Assembly: GCF_022482365.1 (NCBI RefSeq)
Contig: NZ_JAKVPE010000001.1
Span: 2,034,176-2,098,175 of the forward strand
Direction: 5' to 3'
Length of the DNA: 64,000 nucleotides
Origin: Limosilactobacillus sp.
Lineage (GTDB): Bacteria; Bacillota; Bacilli; Lactobacillales; Lactobacillaceae
Part shown: positions 30,884-38,701 of the stretch, one piece after another
Layout of the letters: each line of letters opens with the position of its first letter
Numbering within the stretch: position 1 is the stretch's first letter
The notes under the pieces: generated by a model
What the model saw: the letters and a program-made list of their open reading frames with translations, nothing else
The model's database searches: none
Told to the model about the DNA's origin: nothing
Program-made: the position numbers and the translations under genes

Positions 30884-32392
30884 ATGGCAACCAACGTTTT
30901 ACAATTGGGCGGCCGTGATGATTGGTCGGAAAAGTACAAGATGTCCGATGAGATTACCTGGAACTATAATAATTTTCCGCCCAAGAAGCCGGCAATCTAC
31001 TCGGTCGTAATCATTGACGGGGCGGTTAACCTGACACCAAAAAACTGGGAAAAATTGATTTGGGCTTCCACCCCCTATGCGGTCTTCTACCGTCCCGGAA
31101 CGGAAAAGCAACTGGGAGCGGCCGGTCAGCGCTTCATCAAGCTGGATGCCGGCAAGCCATTCACCTGCTCACCGGAACAGATGATTAAGGACATCTCGGA
31201 CAAGTACTACTTCGGCCAGACCGGGATCCGGGTCTTGCCCAACAACATCAACCTCAACCAGGAGCTGTTTGACGAACTGAACTACCCGGACGGCGGTCAC
31301 CTGCAGCTGAGCGTGGATAGTGACGAATGGCAGACCTTTGGCCACTACCGCAACCAGCTCTATGTTGACCCCTACCGGCGGCTGCGGATCTGGCTGGAGG
31401 CGAGCCGGGAGCCCGGCGTCGAGCTCCGAATCGTGGTCAATGAACTGGTTGTTGGCGATCGTCAGTGGACCTTTCCGGTGACGACTAAGGACGCTGAGGA
31501 AATCATTCCCACCAAGCTGCAAACGGAGGGCCAGTTCGTCAGCGTCAGCCTGCAGATGCGGGGACACGGCAAGTTTACCCTAGGGCCTTTCCACTACAGT
31601 TGGGCACGATACGGGGCCGGTATCTTTATCGTCGGCGCCAAGCGGCTGATCGAGCCGCACAACGGCGAGCAGGTGGCCTACTACCTTAATCCCGGCAACC
31701 TCAAGCCGCCATTAAACGTCTACTTTTCCGGTGCCCGGAGTGCCGAGGGTTTTGAAGCCTACCCACTTTTTCGGAGCTTCAAGGCGCCGAGCCTGCTCTT
31801 TACGGATCCGCGGCTCGAAATCGGCCAGTTCTACACCGGTGACTACATGGAGCCGGCCATCAAGCGGGTCATCATGCGTTCCCTGCTCAAGCTCGGGATG
31901 ACCACTGACGACCTGGTTATGTGCGGAGTGTCAATGGGGACTTACCCGGCCATCAAGCTCGGCAGCGAATTAGGAGCACACGCCATCGTGGTAGCCAAGG
32001 CGCTGACCAACCTCGGCTACCTGGCCGAGCGGGGAAGGCTGCAGCGGCCAGACGAATTCGAGACCATCTTCGATATCGACCGGCAGCTAACCCAGACGGA
32101 CTTTCCGAAAGGCCTCCACGAGATTGACCAAAAGTTCTGGCGCCAGTTCGATGAGGACAACCTGGCCCGGACCCGGCTCTTTATCACCCACATGTACCAG
32201 GATGACTACGATGACCGGGCGGTTGCCAAGATTAAATCCTCAAACGCCATCCAGCACGTCAAGGAGTTTGCCACCAAGGGCTATCCCGGCCACCACAACG
32301 ACAACACCGATGGCACGGTTAGCTGGATGATCTACCGGATCCGTCAGGTGATGCGTGATGACTTTGGCAATTACCAGGAGGATGATCAATAA
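30884..32392 (+). CDS. asp2: Accessory Sec system protein Asp2 (esterase/acetyltransferase-type GxSxG)
   Basis: 502 aa. The C-terminal alpha/beta-hydrolase-like region has the nucleophile motif GVSMGT. Its position is between asp1 and asp3. Confidence 0.75.
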   Translation: MATNVLQLGGRDDWSEKYKMSDEITWNYNNFPPKKPAIYSVVIIDGAVNLTPKNWEKLIWASTPYAVFYRPGTEKQLGAAGQRFIKLDAGKPFTCSPEQMIKDISDKYYFGQTGIRVLPNNINLNQELFDELNYPDGGHLQLSVDSDEWQTFGHYRNQLYVDPYRRLRIWLEASREPGVELRIVVNELVVGDRQWTFPVTTKDAEEIIPTKLQTEGQFVSVSLQMRGHGKFTLGPFHYSWARYGAGIFIVGAKRLIEPHNGEQVAYYLNPGNLKPPLNVYFSGARSAEGFEAYPLFRSFKAPSLLFTDPRLEIGQFYTGDYMEPAIKRVIMRSLLKLGMTTDDLVMCGVSMGTYPAIKLGSELGAHAIVVAKALTNLGYLAERGRLQRPDEFETIFDIDRQLTQTDFPKGLHEIDQKFWRQFDEDNLARTRLFITHMYQDDYDDRAVAKIKSSNAIQHVKEFATKGYPGHHNDNTDGTVSWMIYRIRQVMRDDFGNYQEDDQ

Positions 32393-33297
32393 TGAAGCAA
32401 AACATTATTAACCAAATCTACTGGGGCCCCGGATATCAGGATGGCTATCACTTTGGCTCCCGGATTAAGATCCGAAAAAATGGCCACGTCAGCTTTGACA
32501 ATAAGCTAATGGCGTCCGGAAAGATCATCATGTCCTGGCAGTCGAAGCTTAACTACCAGTTTTCCAAAATGGTGCCCCAGCTCCCGGTACTTGCCGTTGG
32601 TCGGCGGTATCGGCTCTACCTCAAGGGACAGGAAAAACCGGCCGGGACGATGATTACCCGACTGATCTTTCGCAACATTCAGGGGGACGAGATTAAGCAG
32701 CTTAACCTGGAGGGCCACGACAACGAGTTTGTCTTTCCTGAAGGGACGGTGGATTACGAGCTGCAACTGATTAACGCTGGCTGCACCCACCTGGAGTTTG
32801 ACCGGATTGAAATCTGCACGGCCGACCTGCCCAAGGACGTCCACGATGATCTCTGGCTGCAAGACCCAATTACCGACTACCCGGACAAACCGGTCCACCT
32901 GCTGGTAATGTCGGCGGGGAAGCGGGCCAAACGTGACTTTCCGTGGCTCAAGCGCTTGGCGGGTGACCTGGCAGTGCAGATCATGCTGGTTTCCTGGCAG
33001 CACCGTGACGACGTCGGTCAGGACATTACCGATCTGCTGAAGGAAAACCGGGCCTACAACACCCACATTATTTCCTGTGAGCCGCGCTTTGATCGGGCGG
33101 TCATCGATGCCTGCAACTCGTTTCCGGCCTTCCAGGGGTTGGTAACCAACCGCGCCTACTTGGCGGATCGGCCACAGAACATTTACCGTTACGTTTGGCG
33201 GCCGAACGTGCACCAGCTGAAGGAAGCCGTCTCGGAACCGGACTGGGTCAGCCTGTTTTCGGTTATTCATGCCATCTGGGGAGGTGATCAAGGATGA
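32392..33297 (+). CDS. asp3: Accessory Sec system protein Asp3 with a C-terminal extension of about 150 aa
   Basis: 301 aa. It overlaps the asp2 stop by 1 nt and the secA2 start by 4 nt (ATGA). Its size and position suggest the N-terminal half is the Asp3 module. The C-terminal half (from about VHLLVMSAGKRAKRDF) has no family I recognise. Confidence 0.6.
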   Translation: MKQNIINQIYWGPGYQDGYHFGSRIKIRKNGHVSFDNKLMASGKIIMSWQSKLNYQFSKMVPQLPVLAVGRRYRLYLKGQEKPAGTMITRLIFRNIQGDEIKQLNLEGHDNEFVFPEGTVDYELQLINAGCTHLEFDRIEICTADLPKDVHDDLWLQDPITDYPDKPVHLLVMSAGKRAKRDFPWLKRLAGDLAVQIMLVSWQHRDDVGQDITDLLKENRAYNTHIISCEPRFDRAVIDACNSFPAFQGLVTNRAYLADRPQNIYRYVWRPNVHQLKEAVSEPDWVSLFSVIHAIWGGDQG

Positions 33298-33869
33298 TTC
33301 TTGATAAAGTTGACCTCCACCATGTCCGGGCGATCCTGGGAAAGGTCAATGCCTGGGCACCCAAGATGCGGAAGATGTCAGATGCGGAGCTGCGCAACCA
33401 AACCAACCTTTTGCGTGACCAGCTCAAAGGCGGCAAGACCGTCGACGACGTGCTTCCGCAGGCCTTCGCCACGATTCGGGAAGCCGATTACCGGATTCTG
33501 GGAATGTTTCCCTACGACGTTCAGGTAATGGGCGCAATTATCCTCAACCAGGGCTACATTGCCGAGATGAAGACCGGGGAGGGGAAGACCCTGATGGCGA
33601 CCATGGCGATCTACTTAAACGCCCTGGAAGGCAAGGGCTCGATGCTGGTGACGCCAAACGGCTACCTGGCATCCCGGGATGAGGCCCAGCTGGCCCCGGT
33701 CTACGAATGGCTGGGGATGACGGTGAGCCTCGGTTTCGACGAGAAGATCAAGCACCCGAAGCCGGCCCTGAAACGCAAGTGGTACAACGCGGACATCACC
33801 TATACCACCGCCAGTACCCTGGCCTTTGACTACCTGTTCAACAACCTGGCGGATAGCCTGGAGGGCTAG
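33294..33869 (+). pseudogene. secA2: secA2 remnant: only the N-terminal 191 codons of the accessory Sec ATPase
   Basis: The sequence MILDKVDLHHVRAILGKVN...[24 protein letters not shown] (Walker A)...TASTLAFDYLFNNLADSLEG stops at a TAG. Full-length SecA proteins such as the 787-aa SecA at 11313 continue for about 600 more residues. No frame downstream continues the homology. Confidence 0.8.
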
Positions 33870-33960
33870 TTAAACAAGGTCTCTTCTATCGAATGATTTA
33901 TCAAATATCAGAAACTCAACCGGACAAAATGGCAATTGCGTGAAAGCGCTAAAATTTGGT

Positions 33961-33970
33961 GGGGGGGGGG
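33961..33970. repeat. G10 homopolymer tract
   Basis: Ten consecutive G residues in an AT-rich intergenic region, 206 nt upstream of the adhesin TTG start. Confidence 0.95.
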
Positions 33971-34101
33971 TAGAAAGCCACCCCTAAGCGAGTTTGTTTT
34001 ATAAAATTTTATGTAAAAAATATAATTTAAAATATAAAACTTTAAATTAAAAATTGTTTATATCATTGTGAAACAATGTTCGGGTTTGGCCATGCTAGCT
34101 C

Positions 34102-34130
34102 TTGCTCAATGCGGTTTTGCTCAATAAAAT
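34102..34130 (+). promoter_or_regulatory. Putative sigma-A promoter of the adhesin gene
   Basis: TTGCTC (34102-34107), 17-nt spacer, TAAAAT (34125-34130), preceded by a very AT-rich tract. Confidence 0.4.
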
Positions 34131-34175
34131 ATGATAATTGTAAAACGAATTATCATTGATAAAGGAGCAAGAACA

Positions 34176-36338
34176 TTGGAAAAGATTGACGAAATAAAAC
34201 ATTATAAGTTGTACAAAGCCGGTAAATTGTGGCTTACCATGGCGATTGCGACGTTCTCACTCGGGGTAATGGTTTCGTCAGTCAACGCTGACCAAGTAAG
34301 TGCTAATAGTAGTGCAAGTGCTGTTAGTGAACGGGTTGTATCGAGCAGTGCCGCTGTAAATTCGTCCGCAGCCGTTCCAGCAACTTCTGCTGGATCAAAG
34401 AGCACAACACAACAAAGTCTAGCACCCGACCAGCCAGGTGCTTCACAGGCCACTACTAGTGCACAATCAGCAGCTAAGGTTGACAGTTCAGCTGCTAAAT
34501 CATCCGCTAACCAAGCTACTAAAGATAATACGAAGGCTAACAGCAGTACGAAAAAGGAAGCAGCCCTTCCAGCACTGCCTGACTTGGATAACAATCTGTT
34601 GTCCAAGGCCGGATCATTCCATATTTTTGCAAATGAGGTTCAAATTGGCGCTGATGTTAACGGTAACATTGCCACCCAGCATTACATCAGCGGTAACGAA
34701 TTTGGAACACGAAATGAGTCTCACAACTACACCAAGGGAGACGTTTACTACATTGAAACTGTTGACCAAATGGGTTCCAACGCCTTTCGAAACAGTGAAA
34801 ACTATGTTGTCTTTGGCGAAGACACAAAAGTTGAAATAAAAAATGGTCAGGTTTTTGTAAATGGGACCCGAATGGATCACCTGAAGGCTAGTGCTGTTTA
34901 TAAGAAGAGTGGCTACATTGATTTTCAAAAAGAATTCGACAACCTGACATCTCTGGCCAATTATTATGCACGGCAGAAACAGACTGATGGTGTGAAGGTC
35001 AACTTTGAGAATAACAATAATAATTATATTGATGTAAGTAATGTTGCTGCTGGTACAAAGATTATCTACGTTACTGTGCCGACTGGTTGTTTGACATCCT
35101 CCCAGCCACTGACTATCAAGGGGTTAAGTTCTTCAGAAGACGGTCCTGTTGTGGTTATGAATGTCAATGGTTCCGTTAATTTTAATACTCAAACAAAGCT
35201 GGAGTATGATGATGGCCAAACCATTTCTCCAAATGAAGGACATAGTAAGCCAAACCATGTGCTTTGGAACTTTGGTGCTAATGGTGGAACGTTAAATATT
35301 AACAGTGGCTATCTTTTAGGCAGTGTTCTGAATCCTCAGGGTGAAGTAAACGCAAACGTTAACGTCGATGGAAATTTGATTGCCAACCGGGTTAACATTA
35401 GCGGTGGTGAATCTCACCGTTGGGACCTCCGGGGTGGAACGTATGTAGATATCCACCAACCAAGTACACCAAGCCAGAGCAGTCAAGTAACACAGCCAAG
35501 TCAAACTAGTCAAACGACGCAGCCAACACAGCCAAGTCAAACCAGTCAAACGACGCAGCCAACACAGCCGAGTCAGACTAGTCAAACGACGCAGCCAACG
35601 CAGCCGAGTCAAACTAGTCAAACGACGCAGCCAACACAGCCGAGTCAGACTAGTCAAACGACGCAGCCAACACAGCCGAGTCAGACTAGTCAAACGACGC
35701 AGCCAACACAGCCAAGTCAAACTAGTCAAACGACGCAGCCAACGCAGCCAAGTCAAACCAGTCAAACGACGCAGCCAACGCAGCCGAGTCAGACTAGTCA
35801 AACGACGCAGCCAACACAGCCGAGTCAAACTAGTCAAACGACGCAGCCAACACAGCCGAGTCAGACTAGTCAAACGACGCAGCCAACACAGCCGAGTCAG
35901 ACTAGTCAAACGACGCAGCCAACACAGCCAAGTCAAACCAGTCAAACGACGCAGTCAACGTCACCTGCTTACCCGGTAATCCCAGATAATCCGAAGTCAA
36001 GCACGCCAACGCAACCAAACCAGACGCAGCCGACCTCAATTCAGTCGACGACTCCTGCTCAATCACAGCAGCCGACTGAACCAGCAACGTCTGAAACGAA
36101 CCAGCCAACCCAACCGGTTCACCAAACTGACCAGCAGCAACCAAGCTCACCAGTTGAGACCCAAGCGGTGAAGACCACTCCTGCCCAGTCACAGCAAGCA
36201 CAAAGTCAGTCTGCTACCGCTACTGCTGCTGGACTGCCACAGACCGGTAACCAGAACGAAACTGCAGTAACCGTTCTTGGCCTCCTTACCGCCAGTTTCG
36301 GAATGCTTTTCGGCCTGAAGAAGCGTCATTTTGAATAA
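34176..36338 (+). CDS. LPXTG-anchored surface adhesin with a KxYKxGKxW signal peptide and SRRP-like modular layout
   Basis: TTG start at 34176, 8 nt after AAAGGAG. The signal region is KHYKLYKAGKLW...VNA/DQVSA. It is followed by about 100 aa rich in Ser and Ala. A non-repeat region of about 300 aa then follows (IFANEVQIGADVNGNIATQHY, possibly beta-solenoid or choice-of-anchor-A-like). Next come 13 copies of QPSQTSQTTQPT and a Q/P/S/T-rich stalk. The C-terminus is LPQTG plus a hydrophobic segment plus KKRHFE. Confidence 0.85.
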   Translation: MEKIDEIKHYKLYKAGKLWLTMAIATFSLGVMVSSVNADQVSANSSASAVSERVVSSSAAVNSSAAVPATSAGSKSTTQQSLAPDQPGASQATTSAQSAAKVDSSAAKSSANQATKDNTKANSSTKKEAALPALPDLDNNLLSKAGSFHIFANEVQIGADVNGNIATQHYISGNEFGTRNESHNYTKGDVYYIETVDQMGSNAFRNSENYVVFGEDTKVEIKNGQVFVNGTRMDHLKASAVYKKSGYIDFQKEFDNLTSLANYYARQKQTDGVKVNFENNNNNYIDVSNVAAGTKIIYVTVPTGCLTSSQPLTIKGLSSSEDGPVVVMNVNGSVNFNTQTKLEYDDGQTISPNEGHSKPNHVLWNFGANGGTLNINSGYLLGSVLNPQGEVNANVNVDGNLIANRVNISGGESHRWDLRGGTYVDIHQPSTPSQSSQVTQPSQTSQTTQPTQPSQTSQTTQPTQPSQTSQTTQPTQPSQTSQTTQPTQPSQTSQTTQPTQPSQTSQTTQPTQPSQTSQTTQPTQPSQTSQTTQPTQPSQTSQTTQPTQPSQTSQTTQPTQPSQTSQTTQPTQPSQTSQTTQPTQPSQTSQTTQSTSPAYPVIPDNPKSSTPTQPNQTQPTSIQSTTPAQSQQPTEPATSETNQPTQPVHQTDQQQPSSPVETQAVKTTPAQSQQAQSQSATATAAGLPQTGNQNETAVTVLGLLTASFGMLFGLKKRHFE
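35493..35960 (+). repeat. Coding tandem repeat, 13 x 36 bp (QPSQTSQTTQPT)
   Basis: 468 bp is exactly 13 units of cagccaagtcaaactagtcaaacgacgcagccaaca. Units differ only at synonymous positions (ccaagt/ccgagt, caaact/caaacc/cagact, ccaaca/ccaacg). The last unit is degenerate (QST). Confidence 0.95.
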
Positions 36339-36356
36339 TTTTAGCTAGCCCGAAAA

Positions 36357-36383
36357 AGTCGCAATTACCGTTGCGGCTTTTTC
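36357..36383 (+). terminator. Rho-independent terminator after the adhesin gene
   Basis: Stem AGTCGCAA/TTGCGGCT (one G-U pair) followed by T5. Confidence 0.75.
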
Positions 36384-36454
36384 CTTTTCCGGTGTGCCAA
36401 TCAATAGACGAATGCATGTTTGGGTGATAAACTAAATTGTAATTAAATAAAAGG

Positions 36455-36614
36455 CTGGGAATTAACCCGGCCTTTTTGCTGTCGTATAGTTAAAAATGCT
36501 ACAGCGCGGTAGCTGGCTGGATCCTGAACGTTGATAAATCAACGCCCAGGACGCTTAGCCAGCCTCGCGGGGGTGGGAAGACGAACTCGCAAGCGAGTTC
36601 TGTCCCACCGCCTT
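36455..36614 (+). repeat. Structured intergenic repeat element, copy A (candidate ncRNA or REP-like element)
   Basis: 160 nt, 146/160 identical by hand alignment with no indels to 55588-55747 in the same orientation. Four hairpins are predicted. See findings. Confidence 0.85.
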
Positions 36615-36647
36615 GCTTGTATACGGAAAAATAAGGGGGATTTGTCA

Positions 36648-38690
36648 TTGATTTATCGACAACCTGATCGAAAATTTGACCTTGTTTCTGACTATCAGCC
36701 GACCGGTGATCAGCCGGAAGCCATCGCCCAGCTCACCAAGGGAATCCAGGATGGCGAGAAGGCCCAGATCCTGTTGGGGGCAACCGGGACCGGGAAGACC
36801 TTCACGATTTCCAACGTGATCGCCAACGTCAACAAGCCGACGCTGATCCTCTCCCATAACAAGACCCTGGCCGGCCAGCTCTACGGCGAAATGAAGAAGT
36901 TCTTCCCGAACAACGCGGTCGAATATTTCGTTTCCTATTATGACTATTACCAGCCGGAAGCCTACGTGCCGTCTAGCGATACCTACATTGAAAAGGACGC
37001 TTCAATCAACGACGAGATCGATAAGCTGCGGAACGCCGCCACCACGGCATTGCTGGAACGCAACGACGTGATCGTGGTCGCCTCGGTTTCCAGCATCTTC
37101 GGCCTGGGGAATCCGAACGAATACCAGAACAGCGTGATTTCCCTCCATGTCGGCCAACAGATCGAGCGCGACTACCTTCTGCGCCAGCTGGTGACGATCC
37201 AGTATGACCGCAACGACATTGACTTCCAGCGGGGCCGCTTCCGGGTTCACGGCGACGTGGTCGAGATTTTCCCGGCTTCACACGGTGAGACGGCGCTGCG
37301 GATTGAATTCTTCGGTGACGAGATCGACCGGATCCGGGAGGTCGACGCGTTGACGGGGGAGGTCAAGGGCGACCGCCAGGAGGTTTCGATCTTCCCGGCA
37401 ACTCACTTTATGACCAACGAGGACATCATGGACCTGGCCCTGCCGGAAATTGAGGCCGACATGAAAAAGCAGGTCAAGAAGTTCACTGACGAGGGCAAGC
37501 TGCTGGAGGCGGAACGAATTCAGCAGCGGACGACCTTTGACATCGAGATGATGCGCGAGGTCGGCTACGTCAACGGGATTGAAAACTATTCTCGCTACAT
37601 GGATCGGCGCAAACCGGGGGAGCCGCCGTACACCCTGCTGGACTTCTTCCCAAAGGACTTCCTGCTGGTGGTCGACGAGTCCCACCAGACAATGCCTCAG
37701 GTACGGGGGATGTACAACGGTGACCGCGCCCGCAAGCAGATGCTGATCGACTACGGTTTCCGGCTGCCGAGCGCCCTCGACAACCGGCCGCTGAAGCTCA
37801 AGGAGTTTGAACAGCACGTCAACCAGGTCGTTTACATGTCCGCCACGCCGGGCCCGTACGAAATGGAACAGACCGATCACGTCGTCCAACAGATCATTCG
37901 GCCAACCGGCCTGCTTGACCCGACAATTGAGGTGCGGCCGGTAATGGGCCAGATCGATGACCTGGTCGGTGAGATTAACAAGCGGATCGAGCGTCACGAG
38001 CGGGTCTTCGTGACGACACTGACCAAGAAGATGTCCGAGGACCTGACCGACTATCTGAAGGACCTCGGGCTGAAGGTGAAGTACCTCCACTCCGACATCA
38101 AGACCCTGGAGCGGACCCAGATCATCCGGGACCTGCGCTTAGGCAAGTTCGACGTCCTGGTCGGGATCAACCTCCTGCGGGAGGGTCTGGACGTGCCAGA
38201 GGTCTCCCTGGTGGCCATTCTCGATGCCGACAAGGAAGGCTTCCTGCGTAACGAGCGCTCGCTGATCCAGACGATTGGTCGGGCCGCCCGGAACGAACAC
38301 GGGGCAGTCATCATGTACGCCGACACGGTCACGGAATCGATGCAAAAGGCGATCGACGAGACCAAGCGGCGGCGGGCCATCCAGATGAAGTACAACCAGG
38401 ATCACGGGATTACCCCGAAGACGATCATCAAGCCGATCCAGGAGGCGATCACGGCCACTACCAAGACGGAGGATACTGGCGAACAAGAGGACGCAAGCGA
38501 GTTTACGACCAAGGACTTCGCCAAGCTGTCGAAGAGTGCTCAACAGAACATGATCGACGAGCTGACCGAGCAGATGCAGGCGGCGGCCAAGCGGCTTGAT
38601 TTCGAACAGGCGGCCACGCTACGTGATACTGTCATGGAGCTCAAGGCCCAGATGAGCGGCAAAAAGACGAAAAAAGTTGGCAATAAATAG
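36648..38690 (+). CDS. uvrB: Excinuclease ABC subunit B
   Basis: The start was moved to the TTG at 36648 (RBS AAGGGGGA 7 nt upstream), giving (M)[25 protein letters not shown], which matches the UvrB N-terminus. It has Walker [10 protein letters not shown] and a C-terminal UVR domain. The longer track ORF from 36531 would translate the repeat element. Confidence 0.95.
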   Translation: MIYRQPDRKFDLVSDYQPTGDQPEAIAQLTKGIQDGEKAQILLGATGTGKTFTISNVIANVNKPTLILSHNKTLAGQLYGEMKKFFPNNAVEYFVSYYDYYQPEAYVPSSDTYIEKDASINDEIDKLRNAATTALLERNDVIVVASVSSIFGLGNPNEYQNSVISLHVGQQIERDYLLRQLVTIQYDRNDIDFQRGRFRVHGDVVEIFPASHGETALRIEFFGDEIDRIREVDALTGEVKGDRQEVSIFPATHFMTNEDIMDLALPEIEADMKKQVKKFTDEGKLLEAERIQQRTTFDIEMMREVGYVNGIENYSRYMDRRKPGEPPYTLLDFFPKDFLLVVDESHQTMPQVRGMYNGDRARKQMLIDYGFRLPSALDNRPLKLKEFEQHVNQVVYMSATPGPYEMEQTDHVVQQIIRPTGLLDPTIEVRPVMGQIDDLVGEINKRIERHERVFVTTLTKKMSEDLTDYLKDLGLKVKYLHSDIKTLERTQIIRDLRLGKFDVLVGINLLREGLDVPEVSLVAILDADKEGFLRNERSLIQTIGRAARNEHGAVIMYADTVTESMQKAIDETKRRRAIQMKYNQDHGITPKTIIKPIQEAITATTKTEDTGEQEDASEFTTKDFAKLSKSAQQNMIDELTEQMQAAAKRLDFEQAATLRDTVMELKAQMSGKKTKKVGNK

Positions 38691-38701
38691 AGGGGGATAG
38701 C

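Noticed and set aside
34131-34175. ATG at 34131 as the adhesin start
   Set aside because: It has no RBS and would add MIIVKRIIIDKGART in front of the signal peptide. The TTG at 34176 lies 8 nt after AAAGGAG and gives a typical KxYKxGKxW-type leader. The longer form cannot be fully excluded.
35493-35960. Regular 36-bp repeats as a possible CRISPR array
   Set aside because: The repeats are directly adjacent with no spacers, lie inside an ORF, stay in frame and encode QPSQTSQTTQPT. No cas genes are nearby.
22470-36450. Integrase, transposase or IS boundaries for the accessory island
   Set aside because: No ORF in either strand of the island resembles a recombinase or transposase, and I saw no flanking direct repeats. 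The only repeated sequence at an edge is the structured 160-nt element, which lacks terminal inverted repeats.
36531-36647. N-terminal extension of the uvrB ORF from the ATG at 36531
   Set aside because: It would translate straight through the structured repeat element. The Arg-rich peptide has no similarity to UvrB. A TTG at 36648 with a good RBS gives the canonical UvrB N-terminus.
36520-36647. LexA/SOS box upstream of uvrB, including GAACGTTGATAAATCAACG inside the repeat element
   Set aside because: There is no match to the Firmicute Cheo box CGAAC-N4-GTTCG. The GAAC-containing stretch forms part of a hairpin that is also present upstream of an unrelated permease gene.
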